Below are positions 27,326 through 37,892 of a stretch of DNA of 64,000 bases, in pieces. The notes under the pieces were generated by a model. That model did no database searches and was not told the origin of the DNA. It was given only the letters and a program-made list of their open reading frames with translations. The position numbers and the translations under genes were made by a program. How positions within the stretch are numbered: position 1 is the first letter of the stretch; every line of letters begins with the position of its first letter. Origin of the DNA: an uncultured Candidatus Saccharibacteria bacterium. GTDB taxonomy: Bacteria > Patescibacteriota > Doudnabacteria > UBA920. The DNA is taken from assembly GCA_964617815.1 (NCBI GenBank), contig CAZTXY010000003.1:473-64472 (forward strand), in the 5' to 3' direction.

Positions 27326-27790
27326 TTAGCGAATGCCAGTATCTACATTAACGTCGAATCTGGTAATCTGTCCGCCAGTAATGGAAATGTTAGCAGGAAC
27401 ATTACTACTTCCAACGCGATCACAGCGAATTTCTGGGTCACAGTCTGCTACAGCCCAAGGGTTTGGCCATAGGTCCAGCTTATAATTACCTGCTGGCAAA
27501 ATGGCAAAGTAGTTTCCAAAATAATTAAATCTTGCTGTGCGAACTAACTTTGGTTCTTGCGCCGGAACTAAACGCCAAATTTTCAATTCATGGCTACGGT
27601 AGATTGCTCTGAGAGCTGGTCCATCATCACAGCTTGGGGGAATGGTGATAACAGGACAGATGGGTCCGTAGTTGAAGTGCCCAGAAAGTATCCCGATTTG
27701 AGGGATTCTAGAAGCGGCACTGGCAGTGCTGGTAACTAAAAAGCTGGCTACCAAAGCGCCTGTTAAGATCATTGCAAATAATTTACGCAT
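27326..27790 (-). CDS. Secreted hypothetical protein, 154 aa
   Basis: Signal peptide MRKLFAMILTGALVASFLVTSTASAAS. Confidence 0.5.
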   Translation of the reverse strand: MRKLFAMILTGALVASFLVTSTASAASRIPQIGILSGHFNYGPICPVITIPPSCDDGPALRAIYRSHELKIWRLVPAQEPKLVRTARFNYFGNYFAILPAGNYKLDLWPNPWAVADCDPEIRCDRVGSSNVPANISITGGQITRFDVNVDTGIR

Positions 27791-28059
27791 AACTTAACCT
27801 TTCATTAGTACTAAGAATTATCAATTAGTATAATCTTATTGCTAAAAATTAGCAAGAGCAGTTTTTCAGTTAAATCGGTAGGGCTTTTCATAGGGTTTTC
27901 AAAGTGCTAGAATGTAAAGTCATTGCTTTGTGAAGCAATGATTATTGAGACAAGAGCCTTGTATATAAACTTCTTTTTGTATTTAGGACTCTTCGCTTCA
28001 ATAGAGCAAAGTTTTCGCCGAATAAAGTAGGTGATGTAAAATATTTTGATTGCAGGAGG

Positions 28060-28692
28060 ATGACGCCGATGACCAAGAAGTCATTGACCCCGTCTCAAGC
28101 AAGGCCAGCAGAGGCCAAGATCGATAAACTTTGCGACCGTGTTCGCGCGGCTGCACGGAAGTCGGGAATACCCGATGACCGTTTCCAGTTGGGACTGGAG
28201 GTGCCTGGTACTGGACTTGAGGATGACATCCTTAAAGTGCTTACCAGCTATATCAGGAAGGCCTCTAGTCTTGTTGTTCCGTCTCGGGCTCAGGACACAG
28301 GGCTTGTTCCGGAAGGATGGGCAGTCTGGTCGGATGAAGTTGAGAATGACGTCTGTTTAGCTCAGCTCGACTTTTGCTACTCACCTTGCGCTTGGAATGA
28401 AGAATACATCTACCATGATGCGATGCTTGAGCGCGTCAAAGCCGCAAAGACTTTGGGAAGCCTGGGGTTGGCCAAGATCATCCTTGATGAGCAGAAAGCC
28501 GGTAGACAGATAATACCGGTGAAGCTACAAGGAAAGAAGACCATTCTCTTTCCCAAAACCATTATTGTCCACGCTGGTGGCGACCATTGTTTGGCCTCTA
28601 TGCCATGGTACGAGGGGAAGTGGTATTTGGAGTTCATTTGGCTCGATAACTCTTTCAATTCCTCCATGGTGGTTCCTCGCGAGCACCAGTAG
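28060..28692 (+). CDS. Hypothetical protein, 210 aa (GC-rich island)
   Basis: SD aggagg. GC-rich. Its own terminator at 28714-28755. Confidence 0.5.
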   Translation: MTPMTKKSLTPSQARPAEAKIDKLCDRVRAAARKSGIPDDRFQLGLEVPGTGLEDDILKVLTSYIRKASSLVVPSRAQDTGLVPEGWAVWSDEVENDVCLAQLDFCYSPCAWNEEYIYHDAMLERVKAAKTLGSLGLAKIILDEQKAGRQIIPVKLQGKKTILFPKTIIVHAGGDHCLASMPWYEGKWYLEFIWLDNSFNSSMVVPREHQ

Positions 28693-28713
28693 ACCTTGGT
28701 AATTTGGTCTTTT

Positions 28714-28755
28714 GCCCGACAGAAATGCTTGCATTTCTGTCGGGTGTTCTGTTTT
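28714..28755 (+). terminator. Intrinsic terminator (cccgacagaaatgc ttgc atttctgtcggg then tgttctgttttt)
   Basis: 13-bp stem followed by a T-tract. Confidence 0.65.
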
Positions 28756-28894
28756 TAAAAAAGATATTAGCAGGCTTGACTTTTTTGAGTTCTTGGCGAT
28801 AACATCTTAAAGTAGTGCTATAATAAAAAACTTTCCGGAAAGTCTGGAGAAATTTGCAGTACACAGAAAAAGTTTAAAAAAGTCAAAATTTATT

Positions 28895-30349
28895 ATGAAG
28901 CTAAAAGTCCTATTATTATGCACCGTGCTAATTCTGATTGCCTATGTGGTCTGGTTATTTTTCCACGTCACAGGCCCATTGGGTTGGCTTTTTTTTGTGG
29001 TGGAAGGGTCCATCTCTCTTTTGCCACTATTATTTTTAATTAATCACTGGACTCAGCGTCACGTTCATAAGTCGAGTTATCCACCAGTTGGTAGCGTGGA
29101 TGTGTTTATCACGGTGGTCAATGAACCGTTAGAACTTTTTGAACCAGTCTTACGTTCTTTGTCACGAATTACGTATGAAAATAAAAAAATATATGTGCTA
29201 GATGACGGTGGGCGAAGTGCAGTAGAAAGTTTAGCTACCCAGTATGGCGCGACATATATTTCGAGAGCCGACAGACCTGCTTTCTACAAAGCGGGAAATT
29301 TAAATAATGGCTTGTTGGTATCTAGTGGCGATTTTATTTTAGTTATAGACGCTGATCAAGAAGTTACTAACCCATACATTTTAGACGAGCTCTTGGGCCA
29401 TTTTATAGAAGACTCAAAACTGTCCTTGGTCGCCACTCGCCAGTCCTTTGTAACTCCACCCGAGGACTTTAACCACGACATTTTATTTTACGAGCATATC
29501 CAAACCGGAAAAAACGCTAATAACGCTGCCATTTCCTGCGGATCAGGTGTTATCTATCGCCGTAGTAGTTTAGATGTGATTGGCGGGTTTCCAACCTGGA
29601 ATATGGTAGAAGACTTATACACGTCTTACAAACTTCACTGTGCCGGTTTTAAAAGTTTGTATGTAAATAAAATTTATACAAAAGGCACTGCGCCTTTGGA
29701 CTTAGCTGATATTTATAAACAACGTGGCACCTGGGGGCTAGACACAATGCGTTTGTTTGTAAAAGACAACCCATTGTTTAAGCGGTCACTCTCTTGGCGC
29801 CAGAAACTTCATTATTCTGAGTTGGCTGTGACTTACGCAATTTCGGCAGTCTGTATTCCGCTGTTATTTCTCATGCCTGCAATCTCGTTGTTGTTTGGCC
29901 TGCAAGCAGTGACGGATATTTATGGTTATTCTGCTTTTCGTGTGCCGTCTTTAATCATGCTGTTAATTTTTTATTACTATGTGTGTGGCAAAACTTTTGT
30001 AGCTGGACAATTTTGGGCTGGCTTATTTCCAGCTTATTTTAAGGGCTTAGTCTTTGCAATTATGCCGGGCAAGCCTAGTTATAAAGTAACGTCTAAAGTT
30101 TCAAGTGGTGGCCGTCATCTCCGCCAGATAATTCCGCATTTAGTTTTGGTTTTCTTTTCTTTTGGTTCAGTGTTGTGGTACGTAGCGAGTAATGGCTGGG
30201 ACAGCATTGTTTTGTTTACTTTTGTTATTCAATTTTTGATGGTCTTTTGGCTCTACCCGATTATTATACGTGGGCTATTTGGGGTTCCTAAACTTCGAGT
30301 TGAAATCGAGCCAGAAAAACTTGGCGCTGTCGCAACCCAGCGCAATTAA
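28895..30349 (+). CDS. Membrane-embedded processive family-2 glycosyltransferase (cellulose/chitin/PNAG synthase-like)
   Basis: Two N-terminal TM helices, a GT-A catalytic core (DDGG, DAD, a QRGTW variant of Q(Q/R)xRW) and four or five C-terminal TM helices. Confidence 0.7.
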   Translation: MKLKVLLLCTVLILIAYVVWLFFHVTGPLGWLFFVVEGSISLLPLLFLINHWTQRHVHKSSYPPVGSVDVFITVVNEPLELFEPVLRSLSRITYENKKIYVLDDGGRSAVESLATQYGATYISRADRPAFYKAGNLNNGLLVSSGDFILVIDADQEVTNPYILDELLGHFIEDSKLSLVATRQSFVTPPEDFNHDILFYEHIQTGKNANNAAISCGSGVIYRRSSLDVIGGFPTWNMVEDLYTSYKLHCAGFKSLYVNKIYTKGTAPLDLADIYKQRGTWGLDTMRLFVKDNPLFKRSLSWRQKLHYSELAVTYAISAVCIPLLFLMPAISLLFGLQAVTDIYGYSAFRVPSLIMLLIFYYYVCGKTFVAGQFWAGLFPAYFKGLVFAIMPGKPSYKVTSKVSSGGRHLRQIIPHLVLVFFSFGSVLWYVASNGWDSIVLFTFVIQFLMVFWLYPIIIRGLFGVPKLRVEIEPEKLGAVATQRN

Positions 30350-30524
30350 ATTAAAAAGTCTAGTAAGTGATGACACCTGTGCTATAAATAGAGCACCTCT
30401 TTTAAGCTTGCACTAGACAAAAAAGAGCAAAAGGAGTAAGTTATTAAGTTATGGTTTGTGGCTTGGGTGGAAGGGGGCCGAGGCCAAAAGCCTTTTGGAG
30501 ATGGAATTTTTCGGAGGAGTCGTC

Positions 30525-31181
30525 ATGGCAAACATTGTCACAGGCGAACAGTACTACGAGCTGGATGGTCAGCTGGGCGAGATCAAACGTCAGTTGCGTC
30601 AATTGAGTGGCTATCCTTTCAGTGTGGACGGTCTTCGGGTGGCTCTTCAAGACGTGATTGAGGGTCATTTCGTCAGTAAATTGTGGCGCGAGGAAGATGG
30701 CGTCATCTACTTTTCTGTTACTTCCGACGGAACAACCGGCGAGGGCTGGATCAGGCGTCTAGAAAACAATGGTTTTCTTGTTGGAGGGCATGCCAAGCAG
30801 TCGCTTTGTTCGCCTAAATTCAAGCCGACCAACGGGGTAACGACTGAAGTTGGGGTTATCTGTGGCTCGATCTTCGAGGACGACGACCGCATCGCGAGAA
30901 CGATCCGTGGAGAGGCAGCCAATCGCAAGTTCAGAAGGCCCAAGGCCGAACTGTCCTGCCTTATCCGTGAAAAGTTTACGGATGAGGAGATTGAAGCAAT
31001 GGGTTTGTCGTACATCAATGTTATGCACGAACCTATCAAAAACTTGGAGGGTATTCTGACCTTGCTTCAAGTGAGCTGCCAGGGTAATGGCGAGCTCATG
31101 GCGGGTAGTGGTAGTCCTGACTTTAAGTGGATTCGTGGCGGCGGGTTCGCATTCGCCGTGTCGGAAGCAGTCACTTTCTGA
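30525..31181 (+). CDS. Hypothetical protein, 218 aa (GC-rich island within the glycosylation cluster)
   Basis: SD ggagg, 7 nt, then ATG (MANIVTGEQY...). The composition is strongly GC-rich compared with both flanking genes. Confidence 0.5.
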   Translation: MANIVTGEQYYELDGQLGEIKRQLRQLSGYPFSVDGLRVALQDVIEGHFVSKLWREEDGVIYFSVTSDGTTGEGWIRRLENNGFLVGGHAKQSLCSPKFKPTNGVTTEVGVICGSIFEDDDRIARTIRGEAANRKFRRPKAELSCLIREKFTDEEIEAMGLSYINVMHEPIKNLEGILTLLQVSCQGNGELMAGSGSPDFKWIRGGGFAFAVSEAVTF

Positions 31182-31203
31182 TAGGAGAACATAGGACTTT
31201 TTG

Positions 31204-31266
31204 ACCCTCTGAAACTTTGCTTTGCCTCTAGGCAGATGCAAAGTTTCAGAGGGTCTGCATTTTTAT
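31204..31266 (+). terminator. Strong intrinsic terminator with 18-bp perfect arms (gaccctctgaaactttgc...gcaaagtttcagagggtc then tgcattttt)
   Basis: Read directly from the sequence. Confidence 0.7.
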
Positions 31267-31294
31267 TAGCGACATTTTCAATCACTTTTTCTTT

Positions 31295-32563
31295 TTGTTG
31301 GCGCGGGGTACAATAACTCTATATATGCTTAATAATATCAAAACATTTTTACAGCCGAATCGGAAATTTATTGGCAATAGTTTTATTGCGCTTATTGGTA
31401 CAGGACTAATAGGTTTCTTTAATTTTGCTTTTCATTTTTACACTGCGCGGCAATTTTCTTTGTCAGAATATGGCGAGTTGCAATCACTCCTTGCTTTGCT
31501 AACAATTTTTTTAGTTTTCGCCACGACAATTAATTATGTCGTGATTAAAGAGTCCTCCAGCAAGACTTTTGCTGCTCAACTACTTCGTAAAAAAACTTAC
31601 CTCTGGTCATTTGGATTAGCGTTTGCCTTAGCAATTAGTTCACCATTGATTGCAACATATTTGCAGCTTCAAAGCCCAGTTGGTGTGCTGTGGGTGGCCG
31701 TGGCAGTTTTGTTTTCCACAGTCACAGGTTTTTACAGTGGCCTTTTGCAATCCGCGCGACGTTTCAGTTCTTTTTATGGAGTACAAATTGTCTCAGTTGT
31801 TTTAAAGTTGGTCGGTGCAGCGCTTGTAGTCTGGCTGGCCTTAGATAAATCTTGGACTTTGGCCGGGGTTGCTGTTGCCGGCGGTGCTGGATATTTATTT
31901 GCTGTAATATTTTCGAGGCTTAGTCGGCGCGATGAATCACAAGTAATTTCAAGTTTAGAATTACCAAATACACAACAAGTCATCCTACCAATTTTTTTAT
32001 TTGCTGCGCTTTTGGCGTTACTTTCTAATATAGACGTTGTGATGTTCAAGCATATCGCGACCAGTGAACTAGCTGGCGCTTACAGCGCCTTAAAAGTTAT
32101 TGCTTCAACTGTTTTGGTAATTAATACAGCCATCATCTCTGTGGTTATTCCGTATGCAGTTAGCTCCAGCCAAGAGCAGGGAAGAGTCCATTATTCCCTA
32201 GTTACTATGGCTTATGGCTTAATTGGTTTAATTTCGCTTTTGTTTGTTGCTGGTTTTGCAGTTTTTGCTGAGCCAATTATAGCCTTGCTTTTAGGTGAAA
32301 AATATGTTTTAATTAGCGGCTGGCTATGGTTGTTTGGTTTGATGTCAGCTGCTCTGTCGCTTCTGATGCTGGAAGCTAATTTGGCCTACGCGCGCCACCG
32401 TTTTGTGGTCAATTATATATTGGCAGGTGTGGCAATTACAGTGTTAGTTGGGGCCTACTTTATAGAGACAACTATCCCGGCTTTTGCTTCGCTTGTCTTA
32501 CTGGCAAGTTTTACTGGGTTTGTGTGCTTATGTTTTGACTCTTATGTTATAAGTAAAAAATAA
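31295..32563 (+). CDS. Polytopic membrane protein, MOP-superfamily flippase-like (Wzx / polysaccharide biosynthesis protein family)
   Basis: About 12-14 predicted TM helices in 422 aa. Sits in the glycosyltransferase cluster. Confidence 0.6.
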   Translation: MLARGTITLYMLNNIKTFLQPNRKFIGNSFIALIGTGLIGFFNFAFHFYTARQFSLSEYGELQSLLALLTIFLVFATTINYVVIKESSSKTFAAQLLRKKTYLWSFGLAFALAISSPLIATYLQLQSPVGVLWVAVAVLFSTVTGFYSGLLQSARRFSSFYGVQIVSVVLKLVGAALVVWLALDKSWTLAGVAVAGGAGYLFAVIFSRLSRRDESQVISSLELPNTQQVILPIFLFAALLALLSNIDVVMFKHIATSELAGAYSALKVIASTVLVINTAIISVVIPYAVSSSQEQGRVHYSLVTMAYGLIGLISLLFVAGFAVFAEPIIALLLGEKYVLISGWLWLFGLMSAALSLLMLEANLAYARHRFVVNYILAGVAITVLVGAYFIETTIPAFASLVLLASFTGFVCLCFDSYVISKK

Positions 32564-32569
32564 ATTTCA

Positions 32570-33508
32570 ATGGCGCGACTGGTTACTATTGTTATTCCAT
32601 TTTACAACGAGCAGGATAATTTGCCTGTATTGTTAACCGAGGTCTCAAAAACCATGAATACGCTTGCAGAAATTGACTGGCAAGTCTTGTTAGTAAATGA
32701 CGGTAGCACTGACAATAGCAGTAACGTCATCGTAGAGTTACAAAACCAGTATTCAAATTTGCAGTACTTGGAATTTTCACGGAATTTTGGCAAAGAAGCT
32801 GCGCTGTCTGCTGGCCTTCACGGGGCTTCTGGAGATGCAGTAATTATGATGGATGCGGACATGCAACACCCTCCAAGCTTTTTGCCAGAATTAATTAAGG
32901 CTTGGCAAGCTGGTAGTGAAGTGGTTGTGGGAGTGCGAAAGCAAAGCTCAAGTAATAATCTTTTTAAAAAAACTGGTGCGAAATTCTTTTATTGGTTGAT
33001 GAATCAGATAAGCAGTGTAGCCATGGTCCCACACGCTACAGACTTTCGCTTGTTAACTAGAGAAGTTGTTGAGGCTTTTTCTCAACTTTCAGAAAAACAG
33101 CGCTTGACTCGTGGATTGATTGATTGGCTTGGTTATAAAACTTTATACGTGACATTCGATGCACCAGCTCGAAACTACGGGCAGTCACATTATGGTTTTT
33201 TTAGTCTTGTGGGATTAGCATTGCGCGCAATTGTTAGTCAAAGCTTATTTCCACTTCGGATAGCTGGTTATTTAGGAGCAAGCATTACAATTTTATCTGG
33301 AGTTTTTGGTATTTTTATATTTGTTGAAAAATATATTTTGCATGATCCATGGAATTTAAATTTTTCTGGGCCGGCAATTTTAGCTGTTATAAATCTATTT
33401 TTGATTGGGATTGTTTTGTCTGCTTTAGGCTTAATTGCGTTGTACATTGCTTCAATTCATGGCGAGGTAATTGGCCGCCCACTGTATGTGATTCGTAAGC
33501 AGAAGTGA
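32570..33508 (+). CDS. Polyprenyl-phosphate glycosyltransferase (GtrB/ArnC/DPM1-like GT2)
   Basis: Motifs IVIPFYNEQDNL, VNDGSTDNS, FSRNFGKEAA and DAD, plus two C-terminal TM helices typical of GtrB. Confidence 0.75.
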   Translation: MARLVTIVIPFYNEQDNLPVLLTEVSKTMNTLAEIDWQVLLVNDGSTDNSSNVIVELQNQYSNLQYLEFSRNFGKEAALSAGLHGASGDAVIMMDADMQHPPSFLPELIKAWQAGSEVVVGVRKQSSSNNLFKKTGAKFFYWLMNQISSVAMVPHATDFRLLTREVVEAFSQLSEKQRLTRGLIDWLGYKTLYVTFDAPARNYGQSHYGFFSLVGLALRAIVSQSLFPLRIAGYLGASITILSGVFGIFIFVEKYILHDPWNLNFSGPAILAVINLFLIGIVLSALGLIALYIASIHGEVIGRPLYVIRKQK

Positions 33509-33532
33509 CGCCGAGTATTAAAATAGACTCTA

Positions 33533-36500
33533 ATGTCCGAAAAACCTTTAATTTCAGTGATAATGCCAGCACACAATGCTGGCTCATACATTGCAAGCGC
33601 CATCGACAGCATTTTAGCGCAGTCGTTGGCTGATTTTGAATTAATAATCATTGACGATGGTAGTTCGGATACTACTGGCCGAATAGCGGTGGATTACGCG
33701 AGTCGTGATTCGCGCATAAAAATTATTGTAAATCAAAATAATCGTGGTGTTGCAAATAGTCGTAACAGGGGGATACAGCAAGCATTAGGGCAGTATATTG
33801 CTTGGCAAGATGCAGATGACATTGCTATGCCAAATCGACTTAAACTACAGTTTGACTTTTTAGAGACGCATCCAGAAGTGGGAATGGTGGGCGGGAGTTT
33901 GGAATTTTTTGATCAAAATGGAACTAAAAGTCTCCGAGAATATGAGACAGAGGATGCTAAACTTCGGGCTAAACTTTTTCGTTATCAAGCAGTTAGCCAG
34001 CCCGCGGGCATGGTGCGCAAAGTTTGTTTTGCCACAGCTGGGTTATTTGATGAAAGTTTAGAAACAGCTGAAGATTTAGATATGACTTTTCGCATTGCCA
34101 GAACATGGAAGCTGGCAAATATTCCTGAGGTGGTGATTAAATATCGGATGAACACGGATTCCCTGACTTATAAACGATTAAAAAATTTAGAGCAGAACAC
34201 TTTTCGTATTCGAGCAAAATATAAGGGTGAAAGCGCTTTTAATTATAGTGTCGGCGATCTCTTTTATAATATTTTGCAAAAACTGTCGTTGCATTTAATG
34301 CCACCTGCATTTCGCATTTGGTTATTTAGTAAGCTGCGCAACAAAAAAGCTCAGTCTCAAAAAATAATTTTTGCATGTCATAGTTATTACCTAGACAGTG
34401 GAGCAATTATTGATTCGCATCGAAACTTAACTTTTACTTTTTTGGACCGCTACTATCCGAATGGCTATGCGGTCTTGCGGCATAGTCTATACACGGGCGG
34501 AGAATCACGCATTTATAAGCAGGGGATTGACGGGCCATTTTGGAAAATTCCAGTGATTGGTAAGCTTCCAAGCTTTTTGCGTTACTTTGCTGAAATAAAA
34601 ATTAATTTGTTGTATTTGTTAGTTCAGTTAGTGCGTCACAACATTACTTTTATTGCCATAGATCCTCTGTCTGCTTGTGGGGGAGTGATTTTAAAACGCC
34701 TTGGTTTTTCGGTAAATGTTATTTTTATTACTCCAGATTTTGCGCGGAAGCGTTTTGAAAATAAAATCTTGAATCAACTTTATTTTAAGCTTGATAAATT
34801 TGCCACGGTTTACTCAGATATAAATTATTGCTCTGCGCAGACTGTAATTGATTATAAAAAAGAGTTGTATGGAGAAGTTTTGTCAGACAAACTAGTCCAC
34901 ATGCCAAACAGTCCTGCACCGTGGTTAGTTGAACCGTTGCGCGGAAGTGCAAAAACGCCATATCGCTGTGTCTATGTTGGCGATATTGGTCAACAGCTAG
35001 ATTTTAAAATGATTTTTTCTACTTTGGAAAAACTCAAAGCAGAATTCCCAGAGATCCATTTGCAAGTGATTGGAGATGGCGAGAAAAGGGAGGAGCTTGA
35101 GGCATGGGTCAAAGAGCAAGGCTACACTACCATCAAATTTCTTGGCCATGTGACATATGAAAAGGCGCTCTATCAAATTGCTACAGCAGAGGTTGGACTA
35201 GCGCTTTATAATGGGCAGCTTAATTTTGATGAGTTCCGAGACTCAATTAAAGTTCGCGAGTATCAATCTCTCGGAACAATTCCAATTGCTTCGAGTAGCG
35301 CAGTAGCCAGTGCAAATGAAATCGTTTCGTATGGCAGTGGCGTGGTTATTAAAAATACAGCAGAAGATTTATTTTTGAGTTTGCAAAATATTTTTTGTGA
35401 CCGACAAAAATCTGCAGAAATGATGCGTGCCTGTTTGAGAAATTATAGTGTTTACCGAAATATTTTTGATCAGTTATACCAGAGAACTCAAGTTTTGCAA
35501 AAAACTTCAGTATCTCAAACTGCAAAACCGGCCCGAGGGCTGTGGATTTGGGCGGTGGTGGGTTTAAATTTGCTGGCGGTTGGCTTTTTATTCATAACTC
35601 AACTGCAAGTTATGCGAGGCCATAATTTAATTGGCTTAATAGACCAAGGTTTTATGGAACTTAATCCGACTTTTCAGTTAGCTCGTAATTTATTTGTTTG
35701 GGATTCGACACGTGGGCTTGGTGAGTCACAATTTTTGTTTGTGCCTTCTGGTTTAGCGGAAGCTTTTTATGTTTATTTACTGTCTTGGGTGTCACCGAGC
35801 TTTTCGGTTTTAAGTTTTTTAAAGATATTTCTGCTCCAGTTGGCTTATTATGCGGGTGGCTTCATCACACTCGCTACATTTGTAAAATATGTGCTTAAAA
35901 AGTCGCTTACGGCTCAGATGCTCTCTGTCGTGTCCTTATTTAGCTTGCTTGGTATTTTAAATTTGCATTTTTTCCAAAGCTCAAGCGCTTTTTTGTTTAA
36001 TCAGCGTTACGATTTGTTCATTTTTAGTTTACTATTTTATAGTGTTAACAAAATTGGTTATGAGAAAAAAGGCTATGGGTTGTTTGTTTTGTCCTCACTG
36101 CTCTCGATTGGTTGCTGGACTTACATTGGTTTTTGGTTACCGTTTGTGTTGTTTTTGATTGCTTATGCTTTTTTAGTGCTTCGAAAATATAAAACATTGA
36201 TAGCTCTAGCTGTGCTTCATTTTTTACTGATTTTACCCGCAATAGTTTCCTTAGCTTTATTTTATAGTCAGGTTAATCCTGTGGCTAATACAGCCATTAG
36301 CTATAAGGACGTGATTTTTGACTATGCCAATCGAAATTCGACACTTAACCATATTACTGCCTTAATTGGCGGGGTAAATTGGGATTTGGCTTGGGGTTGG
36401 TTGCCAGGTGCTTTGGCTTATCCCTATGTTGCGCTGTTTGGACAGTGGCACGCGGGGCTGTTAGCTATGGGAATTTTTGCTGTATTTTTAATCGGGCAGA

Positions 36501-37810
36501 TGTTTGTAAAGAATGTTCCAAAGTCTGTTGTGTTGTGGTTAAATGGGACAGTTATTGTTTCTATATTTTTAATTGCCAGTTACAATAAACCTTTTGGCAA
36601 ACTTTTTGTGTGGTTGCTGAATAACTTTCCATTATTCATAGTTTTTCGTGAGTCACATAATAAAGTTTACCCAGTATTAATTTTAGCTTTGTTATTGGCT
36701 GGGCTGGCTGGGTTTATTGCGTCATCAGGGAAAGTTAAAAAAGCCCTAGCTGGTTTTTTAATAGTCTACTGCGGTGTCTTTTTATATGCAGGACTGCACT
36801 ACGGAATTTTGAGTCAACAAGGCGCATTTACTTTTCCAAACCAAACTTATCAAGCCCTCACTTCAACTATTCCGGAAGGCTCTCGTGTGCTTTGGCTTCC
36901 AGAATATTCATATGCCAAACGCTATAGTTATGGTTATGCTGGAAATACTATTACAAGATATGCTTTGCCATTTCGGCAGTTTGATATTTCCTATTTATTG
37001 GAGCGCGGGTTTCATAATCCGCTGACTCGCTCTATTCTCGACAACTTCAATTATGAGATTTATCCAAAAGGTCTGTATAATTTTGGCCTGCAACAGCCAT
37101 CTTTTGATGGTAATTTACTGAACCAAGGCAATATTCAGTACGTCATTTTTGATAAACAACTTATTGGGGACACTACCATTGTGCCTTTTGTGCAAAGTTC
37201 TTTATATCTTGGAAGCCTGAGAGCTGTAGAAAATTTAGAGGTAGTGTTAGAGGATGAGAATTTTGTGGTTTTTAAAAATAAAATTTCACAACCAGTTTTG
37301 CTCGCAAAAAATAGTCAGGTCAAGCAAAAGAGTCCGGTAGAATATCAAGTTTTAATTAAAGGACTAAAGGAGCCTACTGACCTAAGCTTACTTCAGGGTT
37401 ATGATGCTGGCTGGGCAACTGCATTTATGCCAGTAAATGCGGATTTTGATTGTCCGATTTTTGAAGAGCTTACTGCTTTACAGACAAAAGTTTGTGAAAA
37501 TAAAGATTTTTCTACATCTTTGTTTTCTACGATACGCTATAATTTTAGCGATGATTTGTTAATCAGTAGTCACAGCACATTTGAGGGATATGCGAACCGT
37601 TGGCGTCTTGACCCTGAAGTTTTAAAAACGCAGCTGCCAGAAAGTTCGTGGCAAGCCAATCCAGATGGAGGAATAGACGTTCTGTTGGTTGTTTACTATA
37701 AACCCCAAGCGCACTATTATGCCAGCTGGTTAGTCGCAATTTTAACGGCTTTAGGAATTTTTAGCTGGCTAGTTTATAGAAAATTTAGGCATAGAATTAA
37801 TAATTTATAA
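33533..37810 (+). CDS. Giant multidomain glycosyltransferase: N-terminal GT2 (GT-A), a central GT-B-like region, and a C-terminal polytopic membrane domain of about 650 aa
   Basis: ISVIMPAHNAGSYIASAIDSILAQS...IIIDDGSSDTT...QDADD marks the GT2 domain. The C-terminal half is almost entirely hydrophobic helices. Confidence 0.7.
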   Translation: MSEKPLISVIMPAHNAGSYIASAIDSILAQSLADFELIIIDDGSSDTTGRIAVDYASRDSRIKIIVNQNNRGVANSRNRGIQQALGQYIAWQDADDIAMPNRLKLQFDFLETHPEVGMVGGSLEFFDQNGTKSLREYETEDAKLRAKLFRYQAVSQPAGMVRKVCFATAGLFDESLETAEDLDMTFRIARTWKLANIPEVVIKYRMNTDSLTYKRLKNLEQNTFRIRAKYKGESAFNYSVGDLFYNILQKLSLHLMPPAFRIWLFSKLRNKKAQSQKIIFACHSYYLDSGAIIDSHRNLTFTFLDRYYPNGYAVLRHSLYTGGESRIYKQGIDGPFWKIPVIGKLPSFLRYFAEIKINLLYLLVQLVRHNITFIAIDPLSACGGVILKRLGFSVNVIFITPDFARKRFENKILNQLYFKLDKFATVYSDINYCSAQTVIDYKKELYGEVLSDKLVHMPNSPAPWLVEPLRGSAKTPYRCVYVGDIGQQLDFKMIFSTLEKLKAEFPEIHLQVIGDGEKREELEAWVKEQGYTTIKFLGHVTYEKALYQIATAEVGLALYNGQLNFDEFRDSIKVREYQSLGTIPIASSSAVASANEIVSYGSGVVIKNTAEDLFLSLQNIFCDRQKSAEMMRACLRNYSVYRNIFDQLYQRTQVLQKTSVSQTAKPARGLWIWAVVGLNLLAVGFLFITQLQVMRGHNLIGLIDQGFMELNPTFQLARNLFVWDSTRGLGESQFLFVPSGLAEAFYVYLLSWVSPSFSVLSFLKIFLLQLAYYAGGFITLATFVKYVLKKSLTAQMLSVVSLFSLLGILNLHFFQSSSAFLFNQRYDLFIFSLLFYSVNKIGYEKKGYGLFVLSSLLSIGCWTYIGFWLPFVLFLIAYAFLVLRKYKTLIALAVLHFLLILPAIVSLALFYSQVNPVANTAISYKDVIFDYANRNSTLNHITALIGGVNWDLAWGWLPGALAYPYVALFGQWHAGLLAMGIFAVFLIGQMFVKNVPKSVVLWLNGTVIVSIFLIASYNKPFGKLFVWLLNNFPLFIVFRESHNKVYPVLILALLLAGLAGFIASSGKVKKALAGFLIVYCGVFLYAGLHYGILSQQGAFTFPNQTYQALTSTIPEGSRVLWLPEYSYAKRYSYGYAGNTITRYALPFRQFDISYLLERGFHNPLTRSILDNFNYEIYPKGLYNFGLQQPSFDGNLLNQGNIQYVIFDKQLIGDTTIVPFVQSSLYLGSLRAVENLEVVLEDENFVVFKNKISQPVLLAKNSQVKQKSPVEYQVLIKGLKEPTDLSLLQGYDAGWATAFMPVNADFDCPIFEELTALQTKVCENKDFSTSLFSTIRYNFSDDLLISSHSTFEGYANRWRLDPEVLKTQLPESSWQANPDGGIDVLLVVYYKPQAHYYASWLVAILTALGIFSWLVYRKFRHRINNL

Positions 37811-37811
37811 C

Positions 37812-37879
37812 CGTCATCCTGATCCGCCTCCGGCGGAGAAGGATCTCTGAGATGCTTCATTTCACTCAGCATGACAGTG
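37812..37879. repeat. MITE/REP-like palindromic element, copy R4 (an R2-like core in inverse orientation with an internal 26-bp hairpin insertion)
   Basis: gtcatcctgatccgcctccggcggagaaggat is the reverse complement of the R2 core, followed by ctctgagatgcttcatttcactcagcatgacagtg. It begins right after the stop codon of the giant GT. Confidence 0.65.
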
Positions 37880-37892
37880 CTCGATAGATAAT